Positions 39,516 through 51,700 of a stretch of 64,000 bases of DNA are shown here, one piece after another. The DNA is taken from positions 80,885,497 to 80,949,496 of the forward strand of contig NC_068981.1 of assembly GCF_001194135.2 (NCBI RefSeq), in the 5' to 3' direction. Source of the stretch: Octopus bimaculoides (lineage: Eukaryota). Position 1 is the first letter of the stretch; every line of letters starts with the position of its first letter. The notes under the pieces were generated by a model. That model worked only from the letters and a program-made list of their open reading frames with translations, ran no database searches and was not told where the DNA came from. Both the position numbers and the translations under genes were made by a program.

Positions 39516-39976
39516 GGATCTTTTCAACTTGGCTGCCAATTTTCAAAAATTCAAAGTTTATTGAAGATTTTAAAATTTGTTACATTCTACACACGGGAAT
39601 TCATACGATAATGCAAAACAAAAACAAAAAATTTGGGGGTGCGTAATATAAGGCCTATTTGGCTGTTATTTTTAGCACCTAAATGAGTAGAATATATTTT
39701 TCAGCACATGCTTTCTCGCAGACAAAAAAAGTTCTCATACTTGGCTTGTTACTATGGAAACAGGCATGAATGTGTCCGTGGCTTACGATTGGCTAAAATT
39801 ACCCAAAATTTGCAAACGACTTAACTCTTTATTAGCGAAAGCTATTAACTCTTTATGGCGAAAATGAATTTCATTGCATTGATTAGCATACAAAGCTATA
39901 TCATTACACCGAATATGAAATCATTTCGAACAGAAATTGAAGAGATTGAAAATTGGCAGCCAAACAGAAAAGATTC
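39516..39976. mobile_element. Merlin-type MITE
   Basis: Termini GGATCTTTTC / GAAAAGATTC with inverted TTGGCTGCCAATTTTCAA; TSD TCAGCGAC (39508-15) / TCAGCGAT (39977-84). Confidence 0.7.
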
Positions 39977-42683
39977 TCAGCGATTAAATAGCTGGCAAAA
40001 AGCAGTGATTAGCTAACGCTGGTTGCCGTCTCTAGATCAAACATGTATCAAACGTGTATCGAATAACTATGGATGATTATACCATGCGCCATTTCTCATC
40101 ATCTAATGTGTTACTTGTGGCGCATACGCCCTAGTTTGACCACTCTTGCTCATGTATATTATAATCATGGAATACAAGATTAGTCTTCTGCATCAACAAC
40201 AATTAACTTGTTTTGTCCTATATCAGCTCTAATCGAGCAGATTTATGACGAAAGGTGTTTCAGACTTCTTTATTCATTTGTAAGTCGACTATGTTGTCCG
40301 ATCTCTTACTTGCAATGCATTAGTTCCATAACTTAAATTCTGAAAACTGTAAAACATAGATTTTGGCAATGCAGCTGTCACTGGTCTGCATTAATTGAAG
40401 AAATTTTTGATCAAAGATGTTCTAACTGTATCCGTCTATCTTTCTTTTTCTTTTCTTTTCTTTTGGATGCAATATATCAAAGACTACATTATTTAATGCT
40501 TTAATGTGTCCTGGCATCTGGTAGCTACTTTTAGCGGGTTTCGCACTGGCTTGACGTATTTTCTTGTTATTGTTTAGATCGGGGATAGTCTCCATCGAGT
40601 AATTAATCCTATAATTTGAAGCATTTCAGCCGTGACCATCCCATTTTAGGTTTTTCTTTTTCTTTTTTCAAACATAATGCCTCTCGGTTTACATTAGTCT
40701 CTAGATATTTTTTTCTTTTAGACGATAAAATGTGATTTGACAGGGATTTTGCTACTGTTTCAAATAGATGGAATGACTATTTAAAAAGGTTCCTTTGTTT
40801 ATGCGTTAGATTTTGTTTTCAGTAGCCGTTAGCGACTGTGAACAAAATAATTTCATGATTTATATTTTATCAAGAGCTAGATGTCAGTTCAACTGATAGC
40901 TATAACTTCTCACTTATATTAAACGACAGTGAGTTATTCTCTTGCGTTACCTTCCTCCTCATTCTACTCCTCTGTGATAGCTTTACTTCTGCTTTCATCA
41001 AACTAACACTGTCATTTATTCCTACAATTGACACCACCGTTCATTGGCAGGGGAAAAAAATAATCTTGCTGATGACTTTTACAAACTGATTCTAAAGCAT
41101 CTGTTTCTATCATCATTTGCCATCGAATTAGTCTCTGCTGTTTCTTCTTTCCTTCTCCTTCCCCTCGGCCGTCTTCTCAGTTCCTCCCTCTTCGAAAGAA
41201 CTCGGATTTCTTTATGTCTGTGAAAAAAAAAAAAAAAGAAAAAAATCATCATTAGGTGAAAACATTAGTACGAAGTTTTTATGTGGTCACTCCGCCTGCT
41301 AAACATAGGAACCAAATCTCAACCATTAGCGTAGCTTGAGTGTGTGCTCCCCAGAGCAGCTCTTGGGTTTTCTGCCACTCCTACCCCATCTTCGGTCCTC
41401 CAAAGCTATAAAGTTACACAGCAGACCTAAAAGTGCCGTCTCCATAACAGCGTCGTCCGGGTTAGACCACGCCATCTCGAAGCTGCGCCACAGCAGTCAA
41501 TTATCACCCAATCTTTTTTTTTTTTCTTTGCAATGTAGTTCTTATATACGTAATGTCTTTTTCTCACTCGTTTTTAGTCAGGCTGGATGCACGGCAGTAC
41601 TCTTAGCTCTTCAAAGGGTTTCCGAGACTTGTGAAAGGGAAGGAGGAAAGTATCCTCGACTGAAAGCCTAACCCAAATGCTTGCAAATGTAATCCGCTAA
41701 AGGTACCCAAAGTGCCAGGCGCTAATGTTAAACCAGCTAACAGATTAAACCTATCACCCAAGTAGGCACCAGCCGGATTTGAACTCCAGATGTAAAGAGG
41801 TGAGATAAATACCACAAGGCATCTGGTTTAACTTTCTTACAATTCCGCTAATCTACCATCTTGGATTGGTATTTTATTTATTTAGCTATTTATTGTTGAC
41901 TCCTCTCCCACCCGATAGATGAAAAGTAAAGTTGACCACGGCGACATTTGAACCCAGAGCGCTGAGTATTAGAACAAATACCACGAAGCACTTTATCCAA
42001 CGTTTTAACGACTCTGCCAATTCGCCGCATAAAAATTAGATAATCGCAAGTTTAATGACTTTAATTATAGATAGGTGTACTTGCTCAGAGCTGACCGGGA
42101 GCAAAACGACAACATGAAGTCAAATGAAAAGCGATTGGTGGCAAAATCTATAGAGCACCGGGCAAAATAGCTATTAGTATTTAATTGCATCTTTTTACGC
42201 TCTGAGTTCAAATCCTACCAAGATTGACTTCAGTTTCCCCATCCAGAACCGATAAAATAATGTCAATTCAGTTAGTTGTGCTGAAATTTGAAGGCCGTGA
42301 TGGACCATCTTATTCAAAAGATGATCCACAAAAAAAGAATGAGAAAATCTTCACAGACCACCAAATATTTTACTGTTAATTGCTTTATGCAACATGGAGA
42401 GACATAACCACGGCGTTTCTGGTTCAATCTAACTGCATGTCTCTTTGAGTAAGTGCCTTCTAAAGCCCCAAACCAACCAATGCTCTGTAATTGAAAAGGA
42501 TTGATGGAAACTGCGAAATCAAATATGTGCGTGTGTATGTGTACACGCGCGCATCTTTGCGTCTCACCACCTGACAATTAGTATTAATTTGTTTATGCCC
42601 CAGTAACGTAGCAGTTCGACAAAAATAGGACAATAGAATAAGTATCAGCCTTTAAGTGCTGGGGTCGCTTTGATCGACTAAAC

Positions 42684-42991
42684 TAGGCCTGGCCAACTCG
42701 AATTACATTGCAGGTCACTTTAATCACAGGAAGTTTTTTGAGGGACGCTTATATAATGACAGAATTGAAAGCATTTTGCTTTCTCATGCTATCATTACAA
42801 TAATGAATGGTTGGTCGTTGATTCAATATGAAATATTATCGTTGCAAAAAACAGTAGTATCTTTCTTTTTTACTTTCCATGACAATCTTTAATTTTTGAT
42901 AAAATGTTTAAAATGTGTTTAAATAAACCCATTTCAAGAAAGTATGAAGCGGGCCGCATGCGGTACACGAGCCTCGGGTTGGCCGGCCCTG
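42684..42991. mobile_element. hAT MITE inserted into a SINE
   Basis: TIR TAGGCCTGGCCAAC / (rc) CAGGGCCGGCCAAC; TSD GACTAAAC / GACTAGAC. Confidence 0.75.
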
Positions 42992-43362
42992 GACTAGACC
43001 CTTTAGAGCAATAACCCCAGCATGGCTGCAGTCCAATGACTGAAACCCGTAAAAGAATAATAGAATAAGATACATGTTAATTTAGTTTTAGATCAAGATT
43101 TTTCATAGTCTTATCAAAAGAAAAAAAAGTTACTACCAGGGTCTTATTGTCTTATTAAACTTCACCTGGATTCTGTAGTAAATCTTTGTTTCAATGATGT
43201 TAAATAGGTTTATAACATGTTTTTGTCGTTGCAGTATAGCTTTGTTATTATCCAGTTTCTCAAATATGCGTTAGTTTCAACAAAAAACATTGAATGAAAG
43301 GGTCATAGGAGGGAACAATATTTATCGTGATTTCTTTCCTTCTTAAAGTCTAAAACTCCTTA

Positions 43363-43422
43363 GGGGCGCTGTCCTGACATGTTGGGGCGCTGTCCTGACA
43401 TGTTGGGGCGCTGTCCTGACAT
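43363..43422. repeat. 21-bp tandem repeat, ~3 copies
   Basis: GGGGCGCTGTCCTGACATGTT repeated. Confidence 0.9.
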
Positions 43423-46400
43423 AGAGCTTGTCTTTGATATTTTAAGCACATCACTCTGAATACAATCAGTTTTTCAGAGAAAACGAGGTGGGGTAGACAG
43501 AGGAGAAGACGAAGAATAAAAATATATGTATTATATAGCATGCATATTACATAATGTTGTTTTGTGTCTATAGGAATGTAATTTAGCCTGTTGAAATGTA
43601 GGTGCAGCATAGCCGAATGGTTAAGAAATTCACTTCGCAATCATGAGATCCACCTTTGTATGCCGCTATGTGGTGGTATTTGGAGCAAGTATCATTTTTT
43701 GTAACCTCGGGGCGACCCAACCTTTCCAGTGAAATTGAGTAGAAGGAAACTGTATAGAAGCCCGGAAGATGGATTGCACCTATAATTTAAAGTTCATTCT
43801 TATCATTAAGGTTACACTTTCCAGCGGAATATTCAGTCACTTAGTCAATTTCAATGAACCTGGTAGTTTAGTTGATCGAACAACTGAACATTCGCGGTAA
43901 AAAAAAATTCTGACCAAAATCCATCTATCTAATACAATGTAATTTGGAAATGTTGTATATCGATGTATAATGCACTGGTGTAGAAGTGTTGGATAAATAA
44001 TGCTTTCCAGTATTTTCACATTCCAGATGGAAGTTAGTATTTCAGTATCGTAACTTAATCTATTGTTTCATCCTCCAGTATTGCCAGTCACATTTGTTCT
44101 TTTCAGTAGAGTTCAAGCCTGTTTGATATTGTGTAAAGACAAGGACTTTACCAGTCTGTTACCGTTACCATTGTTTATGTAACTGTTGTATGTTGTTTGC
44201 TTTATCTTGTTTGTTTTCATTTCGTAACGACCCTCTTGTTTGGAGACTTAGAAGTGCAATTAGAAGTTGTCACAGCAATTGAGAATAGAGTTTTGTGCTT
44301 ATAATTTGATACTGTAATAAATACGGATTTTATTGTTAGTCTGATATAGGAACCAATGTAACACTTCTTTCAACATCTGTTCTCTTGTACATTACTAGAG
44401 TTTCAAACTCTTCTTTTTTTTTTCTCTTTTTAATCTCTTTAAAATCTTGCTTTACAAGCCCCAGACAGCAAAAACCCGTTAATAGTATACTTATAAGATT
44501 GACTAAGAAACATCGACTGAAGTACAATACAAACCAGTAATTTACATAGAATTCTGTATAGAGATGTGTAGTGTTTAATAGAGATGTCTCTGGTGTGTTA
44601 GTAGTAAATGAATGAATATGTACTTTCTACATATAGAAAGAGACCTGATAGAAGTGTTTCTAGTTAGCATGAAATAATGACATTGAGTTTGGTCTATACT
44701 GCTTGCGCACGTGGAAGAAGAATGAATGTTCTTGTGAGAGAGAGAGGCCAGCCTTAACGCGATAGAACAAAACTGCATGCCGGGAGTCCTTTAGAAGTGT
44801 GAGACAAGAAACTCGATTGAACATAGCGATAAGTGACAACCGGACGTAACAGAGAGCGCCTGGTCGAGGGAGCTTGTCTATTCAGTTAATCACATACTGA
44901 AAACTTACAGTGTCGTCTGAGCCTACTTGAGATCCAAAAGTGCAGGTTTTAAACCAAAGCTAGTACAGACATGCTACACATTTCTCAAGCCAGCAGCAGT
45001 AAATGTGAAGTGACAACGAGGAATAAAAACCAAGCTGAAAACATAACGAGCAAGAGACTGACAAAACTCTGCTCAGAGTGAAATGTCTGACTTGATAAGG
45101 ATTTAGTCTACAAGTTTAGAAACAGCTCATTAGTTAAATCAATTATCATGCTGAAGATGTGATCGTTGAGTTAACTAATCAACAATCAGCTACTACATCT
45201 TCAAAGTAATAGTTAATTAATGAGCTTCTTGTAAGCTAAAGACATGTTCTTTAGCTGTCAATTATAGGTGTTTTGATCGCAATTTTCATTCGGCTTTGGT
45301 GTCATTAGAATCGACCATTTCCATCGCATACAATGAAATATTCCTAACATTGGATGTAATATTTTAGAGAAAAAATTCTTGAAATTGTTTTCTTATATTC
45401 CTTGTGCGTTTGTATGTGTGTGTGTGATAACTAACATTGAACTTCGTTGTCATTTAATGTTTTAAGATTTTCGTAACGCCTTAATGAACGCTGTCGTTTA
45501 ATGAACGTTCTAAAGACGAACGTCGGCTGTGAAACAGCGAAATGTTGGTGAGAAAGGAATATAAGAGAAATAGAGAGAAGACGAGACTAAAATTTCTAAA
45601 TTTCTATTCCCTCTTTTTTTTAATATTTATTTTTTAAACTGAAAATAAACATTGCAATACTAAAGCTGCTTCTTAGCGGTGCCATAGTTGTTTATTCAAG
45701 TGATATATCTGTGAGCAACACGCACGCTCACTTCACACATTCCCCCATCCTTTTAACCTGTTATTTCCATATATCTTCATCATCGCAACCCTTATCCAAT
45801 CTCCTTATTTTACATATTTTATTTTGCGGTTCACTTTCTATGCTATCCGCCATTTTATTTACTCAGAGGTCAGTTTCTTAATAAACTATGGGCAGCTTCT
45901 TCACGTTTGCTGCCCCACTTGACTCGTCTGCCTAAGCATGTCTTCTTTGTTGAGGAAACACCTTACATGTGTGAACGAAGGAAAAGTGAGAGAGTTTGGC
46001 GGAGAGAGAATGAGAGTATTCTTTAAAGTCTACGACATGACTCATCACGATTTGTTGACCATCATTAAATGTCTTTATAGCATAAATTAACGTATTTCCA
46101 TGTATGTCACTATGATAAAAGCAATTAGAGATTGTCACCACGATCTTTCATGCTTACAACGAAAGGAAGTAAATTAGCTACGCTAAAGTACCAACTAAGA
46201 TTATATGTTAAAGTTTCTTCAGGTATTATCTAGAATTCCTTTCTATGACACAATCTGTGTACATAAATCAGTAGAAGATTGTTTTGGAAGAATAGGCTTC
46301 CACTCCTACTCCTGAAGTATTTTCAATATTCTACTGCATGGAAATAGCAGCCAACTGTCCCTCAGGTCTCTCCCTGTCGCTTTAGAAAATAACGATGCAG

Positions 46401-47040
46401 TGCATAATACAAGTTCGAGTGCAACGCGTGTGAGAAAAGATATGCTGGTCACAAGTAAAATATCTGAAAATAGGACAGCTCTAACAGGCCTGACGTGGAG
46501 CTAAGTAACTCAAAGTAATTGGTTAATTTTTTTATTACTCGAGTAATATTTAGGTTAAAACACACTCACATGCAAAACGCATTTCTTTACATTAATGGTA
46601 AAGTCAATGGAATAAAAGAAGATATTGTTATTTGCTCCAGAAGCAAGTACTGTGCAAATATCGTCTTCCTATGTCTAGACTACCGAAATTTTTACATTTT
46701 TATGTAAAAACAATAGGCTATATTAAATAAATCTAAAGCCAGACTTACAAAAATAAGGTGAATGTATATATATATATATATATCACTTTAAAAAATTAAT
46801 AGTAAAGAGAGAAGAAAGAAAAAAAAGAATTTCTTTACAACAGTTCTTTATTTCTTTTATTCGTTTTAAGTTGAAGCTAAAAATGTGTTTTATGTGCTAC
46901 TTATAGAAGTTAAGATATTAATCTCTAAAAGTGTTCGCCACTTTTCAAATAACAAAAACTGGCTGTTAGAAAATATTCTGGGTTGGACAAATTCTGAATG
47001 TAACTAAGCGGGACACGCAAACATTTTATATATATATATT

Positions 47041-47078
<38 letters not shown>

Positions 47079-47589
47079 TACACACACACATTGTAGGTTT
47101 ATAAATATATTTCATGTCCTGGACGGAAGAGCGACAACTATCTACACAAGGGCCCGAACCTTCGTGTTGTCCGTCGTCCGCGATAACATTCGCACACCCG
47201 CTATAGCTGATCTGTGTATGTGTTTGAAGGGGTCAGAAAACCTGTTTATGGTTTAGGGTTAGAGTTTATATAGATGAGTTATCTCCTTTGCTACCTTATG
47301 TTTAGATATACGTGCGCACGCACACACACTGACACATGCCTATCCATGTAGATGTAAAACTTTAAGTATTATAAAGGCGGAAAGGTATTTTAGAGAGAGA
47401 GAGAGAGAGAGAAGTGGAAAGGAAAAGTTTGGAAGAGGGCTGGAGAATTGGATATTTGGGTAGGAAGTACATTTAGGGAAGACCTATAAAATACAATAAT
47501 TTATAAAAGGTAAGCACCATACAAGGCAAAGATTTCCATAGGTTTCCACCTATGGGCGTGGTATTTAGTGTCTAGTGCCTGAGTATGAA

Positions 47590-47760
47590 ATTTCTCTCGT
47601 GTATGCTAAGAGTGAGCAGCCAAAGTCAGTACCATTTTCTTTTAATTGCCAGATGTAATTTGCAAATTTTATCGTATTCTGTTTTCCAATGTACCTTAAT
47701 GAGGCGGTATAGTTGGAGAATCTTCCTTGAATCCAGTATATCGTTTTAGGTTGTGTTCTC
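47590..47760 (-). pseudogene. Penelope-like GIY-YIG endonuclease C-terminal relic
   Basis: RFSNYTASLRYIGKQNTIKFANYIWQLKENG resembles the RYxNHxxSFR...TELSKYIWxLK motif of PLEs. Confidence 0.65.
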
Positions 47761-48046
47761 ACTAAAACGTGTAAACTTGACTTTTGCCTATTCAGTGACT
47801 ATGCTTGCCCACTGAATAGAGGATGTAACATCCAGTTTCATCCAGCGAACCTCCAGTCTTAGCTGAAGGGGTAGGTTTGTGGGAGACGATTTGCTTCATA
47901 CTAAGACATTATGTTGAACAAACGAATGACTATTGATGAAATAAAAAAAAAACTACATGTAAATTAATTTGTTGGCCATAGTTAGCTTTATGACAACGAA
48001 AACTTCATTGACATTTCGACTCACAAACCAAGTTTCGGGATGCCTG

Positions 48047-48182
48047 CATAATGCGGGAACGAAATTTGCTTAAGGAGTGCAAACCCAGATCCAACACAGG
48101 ATGTTCAAAGCGTTTATATTACCCCAACAAAATTTTAGGGGATACACTTGCACCCACTGCACCCCGCGTTCCCGAGCTTATG
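48047..48182. mobile_element. Short MITE with 8-bp TSD (hAT/P-type)
   Basis: TIR CATAATGCGGGAACG / (rc) CATAAGCTCGGGAACG; TSD GATGCCTG / GATGCATG. Confidence 0.65.
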
Positions 48183-48544
48183 GATGCATGCTATATTAAT
48201 TTTCCCGCCAATAGGAACACTTATTAGTACGTTGCCAATCGTTAATTACTTATCTTGCATAAAAAGCTACAAGCTTAATATTCTCCTTCTGTAGTCGAAA
48301 AAGTTAGTAACTGACATCTGAAGCGGTAAAAAGAAACTTCAAACTAGTCAAGTTGAACTCCTTTTTCTCATAGCAGAAAGGAAAAAAATATGTAGTTTAA
48401 CCATAGTATCTATTTTTCGCGGCGGGGGTTTAACAAGTGCATCTACTAAAAAACGCAGAGGCGTGTCTACACACACACACACACACGTGTATATGTGTGT
48501 GAAGAGCGTTGTCGCTCGCTTGAAGAATTGTAGTACAGAAGTAG

Positions 48545-48825
48545 AATAACGAATGAAATGAGAAATAAGGAAATCTAACGATACAGAAAGTTCAAAAACC
48601 TTTATATTTCGGGCACAAAGGCCCATCTTCAGAAGAATAGTCAAAGAAATGTTTGGACATAGATCCTGCCATTTTGGATAATCCGATGCTAGTACTAGAG
48701 AACTAGTTCCCCAAATGCACATTTTTTTTTTAGCGTATTCTTCTGAAGATAGGCCTTTGCGCCCGAAATGTAAGAGTTTAAAAAGTTTTCTGCTTTCCTT
48801 ATTTTTTATTTCGTTCATAATTCTA
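48545..48825. mobile_element. Second Penelope-type inverted pLTR pair
   Basis: TTCGGGCACAAAGGCCCATCTTCAGAAGAATA (48608-) is inverted relative to 48737-48768; weaker similarity extends outward. Confidence 0.65.
48599..48636 (-). ncRNA. Minimal type I hammerhead ribozyme
   Basis: UCUU-CUGAAGA-U-GGGC-CUUUGU-GCCC-GAA-A(UA)U-A|AAGG; the partner copy at 48739-48776 (+) has a stem II mismatch. Confidence 0.6.
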
Positions 48826-49303
48826 CTTATATAACAGCTGTCACTGGCAAAGCGGTAACATGTACTTTGCATTCGCTAATTCTTGTAGGTGCCTGTGTAG
48901 TTGAAGCCATCATAACCATAGAGCTGTCACCTTTTACTTAGTGTTTGTGTATGTTTGTTGAGAGAGAGAGAGAAAGAGAGAGAGAGAGGGGGGAGAGAAT
49001 GCATTTGTAGAGAGAGGAGGGGAGAAATAAGAGAAAAAGTAGAATGTGATAGCTGGAAGGAGAGAAAGTTGTAGTCAGCACTCGGTTAATATTCATTCCA
49101 GCTGAGTAGACTGAAGGAACGCGAAATGAAGATCCTTGCTCAAGAACAACAATGCGTTGCCCGGTTCAGGAATGGAAACTCTACCTTATGATCGTGAGCC
49201 ATACACTCTAACCAGTAGGCCACACGGCTGCATGCGCGGTCGCACACACGTGCATACACGTACCAGTACACGTACAGTGTGTGTGTGTGTGCGTGTGTGT
49301 GTG

Positions 49304-49382
<79 letters not shown>

Positions 49383-50104
49383 NNNNNNNNNNNNNNNNNN
49401 NNNNNNNNNNNNNNNNNNNNNNNNNNNNNNNNNNNNNNNNNNNNNNNNNNNNNNNNNNNNNNNNNNNNNNNNNNNNNNNNNNNNNNNNNNNNNNNNNNNN
49501 NNNNNNNNNNNNNNNNNNNNNNNNNNNNNNNNNNNNNNNNNNNNNNNNNNNNNNNNNNNNNNNNNNNNNNNNNNNNNNNNNNNNNNNNNNNNNNNNNNNN
49601 NNNNNNNNNNNNNNNNNNNNNNNNNNNNNNNNNNNNNNNNNNNNNNNNNNNNNNNNNATACTAATTTAAAGTATTTTTGATTTGAGAATAAAAATAAACA
49701 AGAAATAAATAGAATACAAAATAATAGTGAAAATAAGATAGGGGTGGTTAGTTAAACGGTTACGTAATGTTGCTTAGTGTGTGTGTGTGTGTGTTTGCTG
49801 TGTGCAACCTCAGCTGCGTAACACTCCTTTCGTTAGCTCTCGACTTGAGATGACAACGATTTGCATGTGTGTGAATAGACACACATACATATATTAATAC
49901 ATACACACATACATTCATCATCATCATCATCATCGTTTAGCGTCCGTTTTCCATGCTGGCATGGGTTGGACGGTTTGACTGAGGTCTGGGGAGCCAGCGG
50001 CTGCAGCAGGATCCAATCTGATCTGGCAGTGTTTCTACAGCTGGATGCCCTTCCTAACGCCAACCACTCCGAGAGTGTAATGGGTGCTTTTATTAGTAGT
50101 AGTA

Positions 50105-51020
50105 GTATTAGCCCTCTGCCAGTCGGACAACGCAGTGCGTGAAAGTTCCACACTGGAGTTCAATAGTAAATTAGTGGTAGACAAGAGCGACGACATTCTC
50201 TCGGAAATTCTGAGCGTCGGGAGAGATCATTTCGCTGGTCTTTTTCAGAGGAACTTTCGAGCCGGGGCCTATGGATAATTCCCAGAATCCTTGGTCTGGC
50301 AATGCTACCGGGGGGCTCTGCAGGTTTAAGACAAGTTCTACAAGTACGAAAGTGTTCTCCAACGGACTTGTACAAGGTGTGCGCAGGGCGATGAATTGTC
50401 CTGCATGCACTCGTCCAGTGTCCGGGCATATCTAACTTGTGAAGCGTTATCGAACAGTTGCTGACGCGTGTAGAATGGATTTGGTTATCAGCCGAGTCTA
50501 TCGTGAAGATCGCCCCGCCATCTTCTTTTTGGCTAGGAAGGAAAGGCAGTTTTCCTATGTCTGGTGGCAATGGGGAAGGATGTAGAAGGAGGTGGACGAG
50601 GTTGAGGGGATTGAAGAGGGATACTTTCCTTTTCGGCCAAGCCCTCATCAACGTTTTCAAGTTCCACTTGAAAAGAAAAGTGAAGATGGAGAGGGAAGTG
50701 CTTCCCCCACCCCCAGTATTTTTAGTTGAAAGCTAGGTGAATGTGGCCTATGTGATGAACCTATTCTGAACATATGACTGTAGGCTGGAGCGGTTGAAGA
50801 AGAGAGAGAAGTGCCTTCCTGGGGCGCTTTTGATGGTCGGAATGACTAGGATGTGTAGGGTTCTATGGTTGGCTCTGGGTGGAATCCACCCACCTTCGGG
50901 GGAATGTTTATTGTTTAGATTTTGTTGTTAATTTGTTATTGTTTCTATTGTATGCATGTATTTTGTCCATGTTTTGTATTGTCCCTTTTTGTTTTGTGTT
51001 TAGCCCATGTGGCCAATAAA
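50105..51020 (+). mobile_element. 5'-truncated L1/Tx1-clade LINE (ORF2 C-terminus plus 3' UTR)
   Basis: RTCTRCAQGDE/VLHALVQCP CCHC finger with a frameshift; ends GGCCAATAAAAAAAA. Confidence 0.75.
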
Positions 51021-51682
51021 AAAAATGATTACGAGGCCAACTTTGCCTTTAATCCTTTCAGGGTCGATAAAATAAGTACCAGTTGAGCACTAGGTTCAGT
51101 GTAATTTACTAGCTCTCTGCCTCTACTGTCGGGCTTATACTTTAAGTAGAAAGGATTATTATTATTATTATTATTATTATTATAATCATCATTAAGTCAG
51201 TAAGCTGACAAAGAAAAATGCTTCACTCTTAATCCTTTCGAGATTAATAAAAGAAAGTATCCGTCAAGTACTGGGGTCGATGTAATTAACTTGCCTCCTT
51301 CCCTCAAAAGTGTTAGCCTCGAGCCAAAATTAGGAAGAATTATCATTAAATAAATGTTTATTGAAATGTTATCTATGCACATGTGTTGTGCGTGCACACA
51401 CGCACACCGAAACACACAAAACAGGTCTTTAGAAAACTGCGGTAATGCAGAACAAATAAGAGTAAAGATTACCCTTTTGTTCCTGTTACGACATTTAGTT
51501 TATTTGTTTGGCATCTTATTCATGATCAATGTGTATAATTTTAAACGGTAACGGAAAACTGGACTGCTCCGTTTGTTTGATGAATTCTCCCGCTTTGATC
51601 ATTTCGTTAATGTAAAACTTGACAGTAAGGGCAACGAGAGTTACATCCCTTGATACAGCTACCGCAACTAAATGCACTTTAC

Positions 51683-51700
51683 CTTTACTTTTTCCACCAT
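51683..51700 (-). CDS. Candidate first coding exon MVEKVK of a minus-strand gene
   Basis: caaaATGG context and AAG|gtaaag donor; no convincing downstream exon found. Confidence 0.35.
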
